30,647 nucleotides of DNA from an archaeon (GCA_036170245.1 JAVHOV010000032.1:1-30647), one strand, 5' to 3'. Shown: positions 8,843 through 17,475, counted from the stretch's first letter. The notes: generated from the letters alone by a model not told the origin. Numbers and translations: made by a program.

Positions 8843-10462
8843 TCAGGCAAATACCCTGTTTCTTTTATTTGCAAAACCTATTATTTGAGGCTGGGGAAGA
8901 CTATTTTCCTTAGCAAAAGACTTTGCAAGTTTAAGCGAAGAAAATCCTTTTACAAAAGCATTATTCTTATTTGCATGAAGAACCCTATAACCTTTCTGTG
9001 TAGAAAACTCTTTGAATTTTGAAAGAGTCGCTTCCTGAATTGAAACAATTGATTTGGCAAGAGTAGTTGAATAAAATTTTGAAGAAGAATTTGTCAATTG
9101 ATTTGGAAGCTCAAGAAGAACATTGTGAATTGAATCATAAAGAGATTTTGAATAATAATACCCAAAACCTTCTTTGAAAAAGAGAGTCTCTTGTGAAGAG
9201 CTAAAAGCATCATGCAGTGAAAACAGCTTAGAATTAGATGCACGAACCTCTTTTGAAAAAAAACTCTCTTTATTCAAACAAAACCAGTTAAGCTCATGAA
9301 TATCTTCAGGAGAAATGTTTTTCTCATATGAATTACTTTTACTTGAAACTAACCTTACCCTTTCATCCAAAATTAATTTTTTAGCATCTGTTATTGGCAC
9401 TAAACAAAAATCACCCTTGAAAAAAGGGCCCACAGGGTATGAATTTAGGAAAAATTCTTTTCTTTTGTTTGCTCGCACATCCTTAAAGGGCATATGATTA
9501 TGAAACTCAAAAGAAAAATTATCTGAAGAAGATTCAAAGAAAAAATTATCTTCCAAAAACTGCAATTTAATCAAGGATGAAGGCAAAATGTTTTTTGAAT
9601 CCAAAGTAAGAGGGGTGCAACAGGAGCAATTCCTTGTTTCAGGGCCAATGTTAAAAAAATTATTTGTAAATAAGTCAAACCATATTGAAGAAAAATTTAT
9701 TTTTGACAAATCATCTTTTTTTACAATAGGATCATAACCAGAACTAGAAAAAACATTTTCTGAAGGTTCAAATGAAATAGTTTGAGCATTTTTAAAAAAA
9801 ACGTTCTCCAAAAACAATTCTACTTTTTCATTAATTGATTTTGGAACCTTATCCAAGGGAACAAAAAGAGTATTACTCCATGCAGCAAGTTCAACTAAAA
9901 ACAAAGTATCCTCCTGGTTTAATTTCAAAGCTTGGTTGAATGAAACTTCTCCTGTCAGCATAAAACCCAAATCAAATTTATTCCAAAAAGTTTTGCCTAA
10001 TCTCTCTTTGCCTATCTCAGCTTTGAATAAAATTTCATCTTTTTCTTCAAATGCATCAAAAAAAGACCAATTTTTTTCAAGCAAAAATGCTCTTTGGGGC
10101 TCAAGAACCACAGGCAGTTTGTTTGTGTGAATTGCAATTGAATTGCAAATTTTTTTTAAATCAGAAAAAGAAATTGTTTTCAAAACCAAATTACTTCCCT
10201 CTTCTTCAACGTTAAAACCCTTAAAACCTAAACTTAAAATCAAATCAACCAATTTTTCTTTTTCAATACTATTAGGCAGCAGAACAAATGGAAAAAAACG
10301 AAATCTCTTTACTATTTTTTTGCTTTCTGATGAAAACTCTACAAGTATTTCATGCCTCTGCTCAAAGTAAGTGACTTTGGTAAGGTAAATCAGAGAAGAA
10401 TAACTTTTTCCAAGCTCAAACTTCTCTGAATCACTTACTAAAAACTCATTATCTTGCAGCAT
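8843..10462 (-). CDS. Catalytically inactivated, truncated family-B DNA polymerase homolog
   Basis: PolB motifs appear in order but are degenerate: N-terminal F.PF and QRAFLLEK; motif A KINFSSIW...NIGPET (cf. DFxSLYP...NISPET); NCSCC...WFC; KFYSTTLAKSI (cf. RWY..ecAesiT); motif C GYRVLHANKNNAFV (cf. GfkVlYGDTDSlFV). Confidence 0.8.
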   Translation of the reverse strand: MLQDNEFLVSDSEKFELGKSYSSLIYLTKVTYFEQRHEILVEFSSESKKIVKRFRFFPFVLLPNSIEKEKLVDLILSLGFKGFNVEEEGSNLVLKTISFSDLKKICNSIAIHTNKLPVVLEPQRAFLLEKNWSFFDAFEEKDEILFKAEIGKERLGKTFWNKFDLGFMLTGEVSFNQALKLNQEDTLFLVELAAWSNTLFVPLDKVPKSINEKVELFLENVFFKNAQTISFEPSENVFSSSGYDPIVKKDDLSKINFSSIWFDLFTNNFFNIGPETRNCSCCTPLTLDSKNILPSSLIKLQFLEDNFFFESSSDNFSFEFHNHMPFKDVRANKRKEFFLNSYPVGPFFKGDFCLVPITDAKKLILDERVRLVSSKSNSYEKNISPEDIHELNWFCLNKESFFSKEVRASNSKLFSLHDAFSSSQETLFFKEGFGYYYSKSLYDSIHNVLLELPNQLTNSSSKFYSTTLAKSIVSIQEATLSKFKEFSTQKGYRVLHANKNNAFVKGFSSLKLAKSFAKENSLPQPQIIGFANKRNRVFA

Positions 10463-10484
10463 ACAATTGAAGCATTTTTGGTTA

Positions 10485-10517
10485 CTTAAAAAGGCTTTGA
10501 GACCAAATTGCCGGCGT
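10485..10517 (-). promoter_or_regulatory. Promoter of the dead-polB gene: ACGCCGGCAATTT element + 12 nt + TATA (TTTTTAAG)
   Basis: TATA at 10485-10492 lies 22 nt upstream of the ATG (leaderless geometry); element at 10505-10517. Confidence 0.7.
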
Positions 10518-10535
10518 GAATATAAACGTCATATA

Positions 10536-10595
10536 TTGGACATATTTTAAAGATTTTAAAAAATTATTTTTGAAAAAATTATTAAATATGTCCAA
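10536..10595. repeat. 12-bp perfect inverted repeat (TTGGACATATTT / AAATATGTCCAA) around a 36-nt AT-rich spacer
   Basis: Arms at 10536-10547 and 10584-10595; the spacer contains only two G and no C. Confidence 0.8.
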
Positions 10596-10610
10596 GAATT
10601 AGAGTTCTAT

Positions 10611-12143
10611 TTAAAGGAACGAATTTACTTCATCAGCAGTTTTTTTATCATCAGCATAAAATGATTTTGCAGAATCTTCTAAAGTTATTTCATATCTGCT
10701 CGATTGTGATTTTCTTAACCTAACTTTAAAGAAAGTAGGAGCGCCGCAAGCTTCTCCAACAACTAATGCTTCCCCAACTCTAAGAGATGAAATTGAATTA
10801 ATACTTGTTTTATCCAAGCCTTCACATGATTGCGCAATGTGATCCAAATCATAAGGGTTTGTAACTCTTAAGATAATATTTGTATTACAATTTGCAAGTG
10901 TTGTTGTATCAAGCCGCTTTGGTCTTTGAGAAATTACAACAAGCGCTGCACCAAATTTTCTTCCTTCTCTTGCAATGGTTCTTAGATAACTTCTTGCAAC
11001 AGCATGTTCACTTGCTGTGCCTTCAGGAATAAAGTTATGCGCTTCTTCAACAAAGAGAGCAAAAGGAGGAATCTTTTTACTAACCCCTCTTCTTTCATTA
11101 AATAATTTATTTGAAATATAAGCAACTATTACCTGCTTCTTCTTTTCAGAAATAACCATATTCAAATCAATTACAACCAACTGATTCGGTTTTACAAAAT
11201 CAATAATTCCAGGTTCATCAATTTTTCCAAAAATTCCAAGTTCTTCAAGTTCTGAAATTATTCCATACAAAGAGGATTGTGTTTTTTCATTGTCAATTGA
11301 ATCAATCTCGCTTCTCACTGCACCTAAATCAAACGGCCCAGCACCTGCACGCATTTCTTCACTTAATTTATTTAAAATTCTCCCTAGAGCCCTCTTTTGA
11401 TTAGGAGAAAGTTCAACCATAGAAGCAATCATGTGAATACTTACTTTAGATAATGCAATTTTTATTTTAGTTGCATCAATTATTTTTGTTTTGCTAGAAA
11501 AATCAATCAGACCTGCTTCCTCGCTTGATTTTTTAAGCGGTTCTCCAAAGCAAGTATACTCTCCGTGCGTATCAAAAACAACTACTCCAATTTGGCCCTG
11601 TTCTTTCTTTCTTGTTAAAAGTTCTTCTAAAAGCACACTAACAAAATAACTTTTACCAGCCCCACTAGTTGCAACAATCGCCAAGTGCTTTTGAAGTAAT
11701 TTTGATAAATTTAATTTAAGTTCAACATCATGAAACTGTAGTCTTCCTAAATTCAACCCTTCTTCCTGAAGAGAAAGGAATTTTTTTATTCTTTCATTCT
11801 CCGCACAAAAAACTTTTGTTCCTGGAGAAGGAGGAAAAGTTGCTCTTTGAATTAAATTATTATTAAATACTCCAATTGGTTTTGCAGTTGCAACCAAAAA
11901 TTCCCATTCAGCTGAAGGAAAATTCTTTTCCAAATCCTCCCCAATTACTTTAACTGAATCAGGCCTTTGAAAATATCTGTTAGTCTTAATTACATCTTCA
12001 ACAAGCATCATCATTACTCCTTCAGAGTAATCAAGTTCCACAAACATCCCCTTGTGGGCTTTTCCATTATTCACTACAAAAGAAACATTACTTGGAGAAG
12101 GGCCCTCCATTGTTGAAACAACTGTGCCTAACTGTTCACGCAT
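10611..12143 (-). CDS. herA: HerA bipolar helicase/translocase
   Basis: N-terminal HAS-barrel-like region, PPSPG, HLAIVATSGAGKS Walker A, FDTHGEY, EEAH, IAREGRKFG, SQRP. Confidence 0.92.
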   Translation of the reverse strand: MREQLGTVVSTMEGPSPSNVSFVVNNGKAHKGMFVELDYSEGVMMMLVEDVIKTNRYFQRPDSVKVIGEDLEKNFPSAEWEFLVATAKPIGVFNNNLIQRATFPPSPGTKVFCAENERIKKFLSLQEEGLNLGRLQFHDVELKLNLSKLLQKHLAIVATSGAGKSYFVSVLLEELLTRKKEQGQIGVVVFDTHGEYTCFGEPLKKSSEEAGLIDFSSKTKIIDATKIKIALSKVSIHMIASMVELSPNQKRALGRILNKLSEEMRAGAGPFDLGAVRSEIDSIDNEKTQSSLYGIISELEELGIFGKIDEPGIIDFVKPNQLVVIDLNMVISEKKKQVIVAYISNKLFNERRGVSKKIPPFALFVEEAHNFIPEGTASEHAVARSYLRTIAREGRKFGAALVVISQRPKRLDTTTLANCNTNIILRVTNPYDLDHIAQSCEGLDKTSINSISSLRVGEALVVGEACGAPTFFKVRLRKSQSSRYEITLEDSAKSFYADDKKTADEVNSFL

Positions 12144-12167
12144 AATACAATAAGTAAGAGCCGGTTG

Positions 12168-12200
12168 TTTTTAAATTAGTTTGGGGTAAATTGCCGGCGT
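12168..12200 (-). promoter_or_regulatory. herA promoter: ACGCCGGCAATTT element + 12 nt + TATA (TTTAAAAA)
   Basis: The 13-mer at 12188-12200 is identical to 10505-10517; TATA at 12168-12175. Confidence 0.7.
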
Positions 12201-12213
12201 AAAAAAAGATAAG

Positions 12214-12423
12214 TTACCTTAATTTCAGTTTAGTTGCTCTTTTTACAGCATTAAATTTATTCATTCTAGACTTACTTAAAGCAACTGCTGCTTCTGCTTG
12301 AGCCATTTTTATTTTAAGTACATCTGACCTTATCTTCAATTCAGTTGCAAGCTTGTTTGCTTCCCTAATAGGTGGCGAAAGTATCCCATCAATTCTTCTT
12401 CTCTTTGCAATCTCGCTTTCCAT
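12214..12423 (-). CDS. Hypothetical small basic helical protein
   Basis: 69-aa ORF fills the gap between the HAD gene and the herA promoter; overlaps the HAD 3' end by 35 nt. Confidence 0.55.
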   Translation of the reverse strand: MESEIAKRRRIDGILSPPIREANKLATELKIRSDVLKIKMAQAEAAVALSKSRMNKFNAVKRATKLKLR

Positions 12424-13093
12424 TTAAAACATCAAGTACTTTATCAATGTCTTTTAGAGTATTTAATTCAAACTCAGGAGTGATTTTTGCCAAATCATAG
12501 CTCTTGCCGGGCCTATTAATCCACGCTGCATGCAAGCCCAAGTTCATTGCGCCAGTAATATCACTCCTTAAAGAATCCCCTACCATTAAACACTCGCTTT
12601 CACTCACTTTAAAGTGATTCACAATAGTCAAATACATTTTTTTATTTGGTTTTACAGCCCCTATTTCATAACTCAATCCTAAAAAATCCAAGTACTGCGA
12701 AATATTCAAAGTAGCATTAACTTTATCAAAAGCAATATTTTCAGTATTTGTCAAAAGAGCTAACTTGTAACCATCTTTTCTTAATTTTTTTAAAGTTGGA
12801 ATTACATCATTGAAAAAATAAATTTTGTCCAAGCGGTTTGTAAAAATTTCATAAAGTTCTTGTTCTAAAAGCAAAGCATCGCCGTCAAACCCACTAATAA
12901 ATTCTTTTCTAAATTCTTCATAAGAAGCATATTTTTTTAATTGAGTTAGCTCCTCATATCTTCTAATAAAATCTTCAACACCATCATCCTTATTATGAGG
13001 ATTATTTTTCTTTATTAAAGCAAATAAATGTGGCCAATCAATTGTAGTAGGAATAAGAGTATTCCACAAATCAAAAATAACAACCTTAATCAT
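12389..13093 (-). CDS. HAD-superfamily hydrolase
   Basis: FDLWNTL motif I, LLTN, KP, MVGDSLRSDITGA...G. Confidence 0.92.
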   Translation of the reverse strand: MIKVVIFDLWNTLIPTTIDWPHLFALIKKNNPHNKDDGVEDFIRRYEELTQLKKYASYEEFRKEFISGFDGDALLLEQELYEIFTNRLDKIYFFNDVIPTLKKLRKDGYKLALLTNTENIAFDKVNATLNISQYLDFLGLSYEIGAVKPNKKMYLTIVNHFKVSESECLMVGDSLRSDITGAMNLGLHAAWINRPGKSYDLAKITPEFELNTLKDIDKVLDVLNGKRDCKEKKN

Positions 13094-13142
13094 GACAAAA
13101 CCCTAAATTTAAAATATTAATACACCTTTGCTAAAAAATAAA

Positions 13143-13784
13143 TTACTTTCCCCTTATTCTTGCTTTTCGCATTTGCTTGTACTTTGCTTTTCCCATTCTT
13201 CCAAGTTCTAAATGCGCATAACTCTTCGCTCTAACATTTCTTAAAACAGATTCTGGAGGAAGAAGACGAAGAGGAACAGGTTTATTTGCAGCCAAAACCT
13301 TATCAAGTTCATTAAATGACAATCTTGGAAACTCCCCAAAAGAATGATATAAAGAACTGTATTTCCCCCATCTTTTTTCATGGCTAATTATTCTTTGGCG
13401 AACCTGTTTCTTGTGTGAAACACCCCTGTCAAAAGACCCATTATCAGATCTAAAAGAATGGACTCCATTTTTTTCAAGATAAGAAAGAGCTGAAAAAAAC
13501 ACTAAACGAAAAGGAGACTGGTGAAACACTTTAAAAAAATCTTTAGCCAAACTAAGCGTTTCGCCTGAAAGCCCAATCTCAGGAACACTTCCATTCACAA
13601 AACTTCCTTTAGAATCAAAACGAACAAAAGCCACTGTCCGGTTAATCTTTTTATCCATTATTGCAACTGTAAAAACATGCAGATTTTTAAAATCCTTTTT
13701 ATTTAAAGAATTTTTGTTTAAACTTAAAAGTCCGCCAATTGAAGAAACCCCAATTAATTCCAATCCATACTTTTGATCAGCCAT
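13143..13784 (-). CDS. Orphan family A, paralog 1 (213 aa)
   Basis: Shares QSPFRL, SDNG..D.GVSH.KQ and FGEFPRLSF.EL..LAANK..LLPPES.LR..RAKSYAHLEL with its two neighbours. Confidence 0.8.
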   Translation of the reverse strand: MADQKYGLELIGVSSIGGLLSLNKNSLNKKDFKNLHVFTVAIMDKKINRTVAFVRFDSKGSFVNGSVPEIGLSGETLSLAKDFFKVFHQSPFRLVFFSALSYLEKNGVHSFRSDNGSFDRGVSHKKQVRQRIISHEKRWGKYSSLYHSFGEFPRLSFNELDKVLAANKPVPLRLLPPESVLRNVRAKSYAHLELGRMGKAKYKQMRKARIRGK

Positions 13785-13819
13785 AAATTAAATAAGTCCT
13801 TTTTAATTTAATAAATTAA

Positions 13820-14461
13820 CTAACCCCTAAGTCTTGACCTTCTCAATTGTTTATACTTTTTCTTTCCAAGTTTTGCAAGTTCTAAATGAGCATAACTCTT
13901 TGCCCTAATACTCCTCAACATTGATTCAGGAGGGAGCAACCTTTCAGGAACAACTTTATTTGCAGCCAAAATTTTACTAAGTTCATCAAAAGAAAGACGA
14001 GGAAACTCCCCAAATTTATGAAGAAAAGGATCATACATCCCAAATTCTTTTTTATGAACAATTATTCTCTGGCGAATTTGCTTTAGGTGAGAAACCCCGG
14101 CATCATTCAAACCATTATCTGAACCAAATGAGTGAATCCCATTTTTTTCTAAAAAAGATAAAGTTGAAAATAAAACCAATCTAAATGGAGATTGCCTAAA
14201 TGTTCTAAAAAAGTTTTTTGCAAGAAATGCATCCTCTCCAGAAGAAGAAATGTACGGCACAATTCTTTTGCTAAACTGTTGCTCTTCAACATTGAGCTGA
14301 ATATTTGCAACATTTTTTTGAAGAGCTTTATCTTCAATCGAAAATGTTAAACTAGTCCAGTCAGCAATATTTAATTTTGAAATAGATGAATTATTTAATT
14401 TTATTAACGGCCCTCCTTTTGGGATACCAGAAACACTACACACATATTTTGCTTCAGCCAT
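13820..14461 (-). CDS. Orphan family A, paralog 2 (213 aa)
   Basis: Same conserved blocks as its neighbours. Confidence 0.8.
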   Translation of the reverse strand: MAEAKYVCSVSGIPKGGPLIKLNNSSISKLNIADWTSLTFSIEDKALQKNVANIQLNVEEQQFSKRIVPYISSSGEDAFLAKNFFRTFRQSPFRLVLFSTLSFLEKNGIHSFGSDNGLNDAGVSHLKQIRQRIIVHKKEFGMYDPFLHKFGEFPRLSFDELSKILAANKVVPERLLPPESMLRSIRAKSYAHLELAKLGKKKYKQLRRSRLRG

Positions 14462-14479
14462 ACTTATTCCTTTTTCTAA

Positions 14480-15135
14480 TTATGCCCTCATTCTTGCTTT
14501 TCGCATCGCTTTATACTTTTCTTTTCCTAGTCTTTTTAACTCTAAGTGAGCATAACTTTTTGCTCTTACTTTTCTTAAAACAGATTCTGGAGGAAGCAAT
14601 CTATTTGGAACAACTTTATTTGCAGCCAAAATTTTATCAAGCTCACTAAAAGAAACTCTTGGAAAAAACCCTAATGTGTGGTTATGCAGAGTTTGCCTAA
14701 TACTTATCTGTTCTGATTCAAAAAAAATCTTTTGACGTAACTGCTTTTTATGAGCCACACCCATATCATCTTCACCCATATCAGAACTAAAGTTCTTATC
14801 CCCAATTTTTTCCATAAAAGAAAGAGAAGCAAAAAACAACAAACGAAAAGGCGACTGCTTAAAAGTCCTAAAAAATTTCAACGCAGCAGCAGCGTTTTGC
14901 ATGCTTTTACGTATAGTAGTTTTTCCAAAAGCTGATTTATCCAAATAAATAAACGCCACATCCTTACCATTACAGTATCGTTTATTGCAAATTCAAAACT
15001 TCTTATCAAATCTCTGTTAAAAATAGGTTTCCCTTTATAGTCAAATCTTACAGGAAGAGTTTCAAAAGAATTATCTTTTTTAGGATTAACATATTGCTGC
15101 ATAAGCAATTTAGTAACATACCTTTGGCGCTGCAT
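14480..15135 (-). pseudogene. Orphan family A, paralog 3, split by a 1-nt deletion near 14970 (pseudogene or assembly error)
   Basis: Restoring one A gives FAIN-DTVNGKDVA-FI, which aligns without gaps to DKALQKNVA and DKKINRTVA in the paralogs; ATG 15135 has a TATA-like box upstream. Confidence 0.75.
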
Positions 15136-15186
15136 AATATACAAGAAATAGTCTCCTAAACTAAAAAGGCTTTGCCCTAAACCATT

Positions 15187-16269
15187 TTACCCAAAAGGTC
15201 TGTTTGTTCTGCGCATTCTAATTTTGCTTCCTAATTTATCCACTAACCTGTCATACACTACACTAATTTCCTGCTCGTTTAATCCTGCCCTTAAATCCGC
15301 TTCAATCAAAACACTTGGAAAAGAATATTCTTTATGAAGAGAAGATAAAGTAAAAACAACTCCGCTAATCTTGTCAGCAATTTCTTTTAAGGAAGAGTTA
15401 GGGCTAGAAATAAATTCTACTCTTAGAGGCTTATCAAACAGAGAACACTTTAAATAAAAAACAAAAATGCTTTTAGCCCACTCTGAAGAATAATCCTTCA
15501 AAATCGCGTGACTTGAAACATTATCAGTATAAGGAAAAGCAAAAGTTCTTTCTCCCTCACTCAAATAATAATCAAGCAACGAAGCATCAAAAGCGTTATC
15601 GAGCAATTTTGATTCTATCTTTGATTTATTGTTTGGAAGAATATCTTCCTGTAAAATTTGCCTAAACCTTGTTCCTCTTGAATCCTCAACACACCCAATT
15701 AAAGTAGTTGAATTAATTTTTGCAATAGAATATAATTTTTCAAACAGATTAACTATTGAAAAATAATCCTCATTAATTCCTGATTCTTTTCTTGGCTTAT
15801 CCTGATACTGAGGAACTAAAGACCCATCAATGAAAAGATATTTTGGCTTATACTTTATTATCATCTGAATAGCACACTTAACTTCCTGCTCTAAACGAAT
15901 AAGCGAAACACTCTGAGCCTCCTCATCTTTTTCAAGACCGCTTTTAAGTAAAATTGGTTCGGGAAAAGAAAAAGGAGCAGGAAAATAATCTGATTTTACC
16001 AAAGTCCCTTTATTATAAGAAAAAACTGCACCAATTGTTTTTATCAAAACCAAATCAATGAAAGATAATTTCTTTGAAACAAATCCTGAATCTACTCCCG
16101 CAACACTAAAATCAAGTTCACTCTTTTTTACACTAAGAGTAATGGGTTCAATTTTGTTTGGAGAAGGAACTGATTTTAAGGGAGCAAGGACTTTGCAAAG
16201 TCCCTCGTTGAAAGAATGCCTCTCTTCAATTGCAAGAACTGCATTCTTAAAAAATTCATCAAAAGCCAT
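15187..16269 (-). CDS. nurA: NurA 5'-3' nuclease
   Basis: AGVDSG, LFIDGSL, GCVEDSR, PLRVEF, YSFPSVLIEAD..A. Confidence 0.9.
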   Translation of the reverse strand: MAFDEFFKNAVLAIEERHSFNEGLCKVLAPLKSVPSPNKIEPITLSVKKSELDFSVAGVDSGFVSKKLSFIDLVLIKTIGAVFSYNKGTLVKSDYFPAPFSFPEPILLKSGLEKDEEAQSVSLIRLEQEVKCAIQMIIKYKPKYLFIDGSLVPQYQDKPRKESGINEDYFSIVNLFEKLYSIAKINSTTLIGCVEDSRGTRFRQILQEDILPNNKSKIESKLLDNAFDASLLDYYLSEGERTFAFPYTDNVSSHAILKDYSSEWAKSIFVFYLKCSLFDKPLRVEFISSPNSSLKEIADKISGVVFTLSSLHKEYSFPSVLIEADLRAGLNEQEISVVYDRLVDKLGSKIRMRRTNRPFG

Positions 16270-16307
16270 TTTTCATCAACTTAATTAAAATAACAAGATT
16301 CTTATGA

Positions 16308-16336
16308 TATTTAAAGATGCTTAAAGTAATTTGCCG
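16308..16336 (-). promoter_or_regulatory. nurA promoter: CGGCAAATT element + 12 nt + TATA (TTTAAATA)
   Basis: Element at 16328-16336 and TATA at 16308-16315, the same spacing as in the herA and dead-polB promoters. Confidence 0.6.
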
Positions 16337-16354
16337 AAGAAACTAAAAAAAAGA

Positions 16355-17016
16355 TTATTTTTTTCTTTTAACTAATACCGTTCTTTTAGGCGTTTTTCCC
16401 AAATCAAAAATAGTCTTGGCATGGGGAAGACGCTTAAGCATGGTTCTTCTAGTTAACCCTCCCTCAGCCAAAAAATAAGAATAATCCCTCAAAGCAGCTT
16501 CATCTTTTATAAATTCAGGTCTGTGCTTTGCCAAAGCATTTCTTATACTAAGGGCATGAACATTAATTGAAAGAGCAGAATATGAGGGAAGAACTCTTCT
16601 TGAAAACTCTGCAGTTGGCAAAACTTTTTTCAATTGTGCAAGAACCCCATTTAACCCCTTATCAACACAGTTCCCCGCATGATTTCCAAAAGCATTAACC
16701 TTCACTTTAGAACCGAATTTCAAACCAGTTTTATTCAGCAATTCAGAATAAATCTTTGAAACATTCCTCTGTTTAATTACAAAAAATCTATTAGACATCA
16801 ACCTATTAGCTTCACTAAAAAAAGACTTTACAAGCTCCTTTTGCGAAGGATTTAATTTATTCAATGCAAAACCATCATTTTGAACAACAACAAAAACCGA
16901 AGAGTTGTCCTTAGCCCTTAAACCAACTAGTTTAGACCAGCTCTTAAGCAGAGAAACCGGAACATAATGGCTCCAAAAGGATAAACAAGCAAATCAAGAC
17001 GCTTAACTTCAACCAT
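16355..17016 (-). pseudogene. Hypothetical protein, possibly cysteine-hydrolase/isochorismatase-like fold, frameshifted at a T4 run (16975-16978)
   Basis: ATG 17016 reads MVEVKRLDLLVYPF; adding one T continues WSHYVPVSLLKSWSKLVG into the 16355..16864 ORF; VKVNAFGNHAGNCV resembles the G..x..CV motif of that fold. Confidence 0.6.
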
Positions 17017-17156
17017 ACAGGATACTAGTTTGAACAGATATTTATTGCTAATCCCTCAAAAAAGAAGAGGGGTGCTAAAAAGCAAGTTTTATAAACAAAA
17101 CACGCTTTTACTTGTTCGGGTAAATTAAGTCCCCACAACAAGAAAGGTGTTTTATC

Positions 17157-17474
17157 ATGAAAGCAAAATTTGAAGTACGAACAATAAAAAGTTCTTGGAA
17201 ACCCCCATTCAAGAAAGATATAACTGAAGAAATTTTTGAAGCAAACGAAGGGGAATCATTTGACAAAATCCAAGGAAATGGAAATGTAGATGTTGTTTAT
17301 ACAGTAATGAGAGTTGCTGGAGACAGAGCAGTAATAAAGTACTCAAGATTCTTTACTCTAAAGGGACCAAACCCAGGCGACAAACAAATAATTCTTGAAA
17401 AAGACAAACCCGTTGAAATGACCTACATGTGGGGAGAAGACGGAATGACAAAGAAAATAACTTACAAAGGATAA
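17157..17474 (+). CDS. Hypothetical protein (105 aa, beta-rich)
   Basis: AGGTG SD, upstream TTTTATAA box, followed by a T-tract and hairpin. Confidence 0.7.
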   Translation: MKAKFEVRTIKSSWKPPFKKDITEEIFEANEGESFDKIQGNGNVDVVYTVMRVAGDRAVIKYSRFFTLKGPNPGDKQIILEKDKPVEMTYMWGEDGMTKKITYKG

Positions 17475-17475
17475 A

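Noticed and set aside
10536..10595. Replication origin call for the inverted repeat
   Set aside because: The arms do not match the ORB consensus I know, the region is very short, and no orc1/cdc6 is nearby; kept only as an unexplained structure
10611..16269. HerA/NurA as an anti-phage defence system (e.g. Sir2-HerA type)
   Set aside because: HerA has the housekeeping architecture, occurs with NurA and Rad50 among core genes, and has no recognisable defence effector beside it
14960..16980. Programmed -1 ribosomal frameshifting at the two broken genes
   Set aside because: No canonical slippery heptamer at either site; a simple deletion or assembly error is more parsimonious
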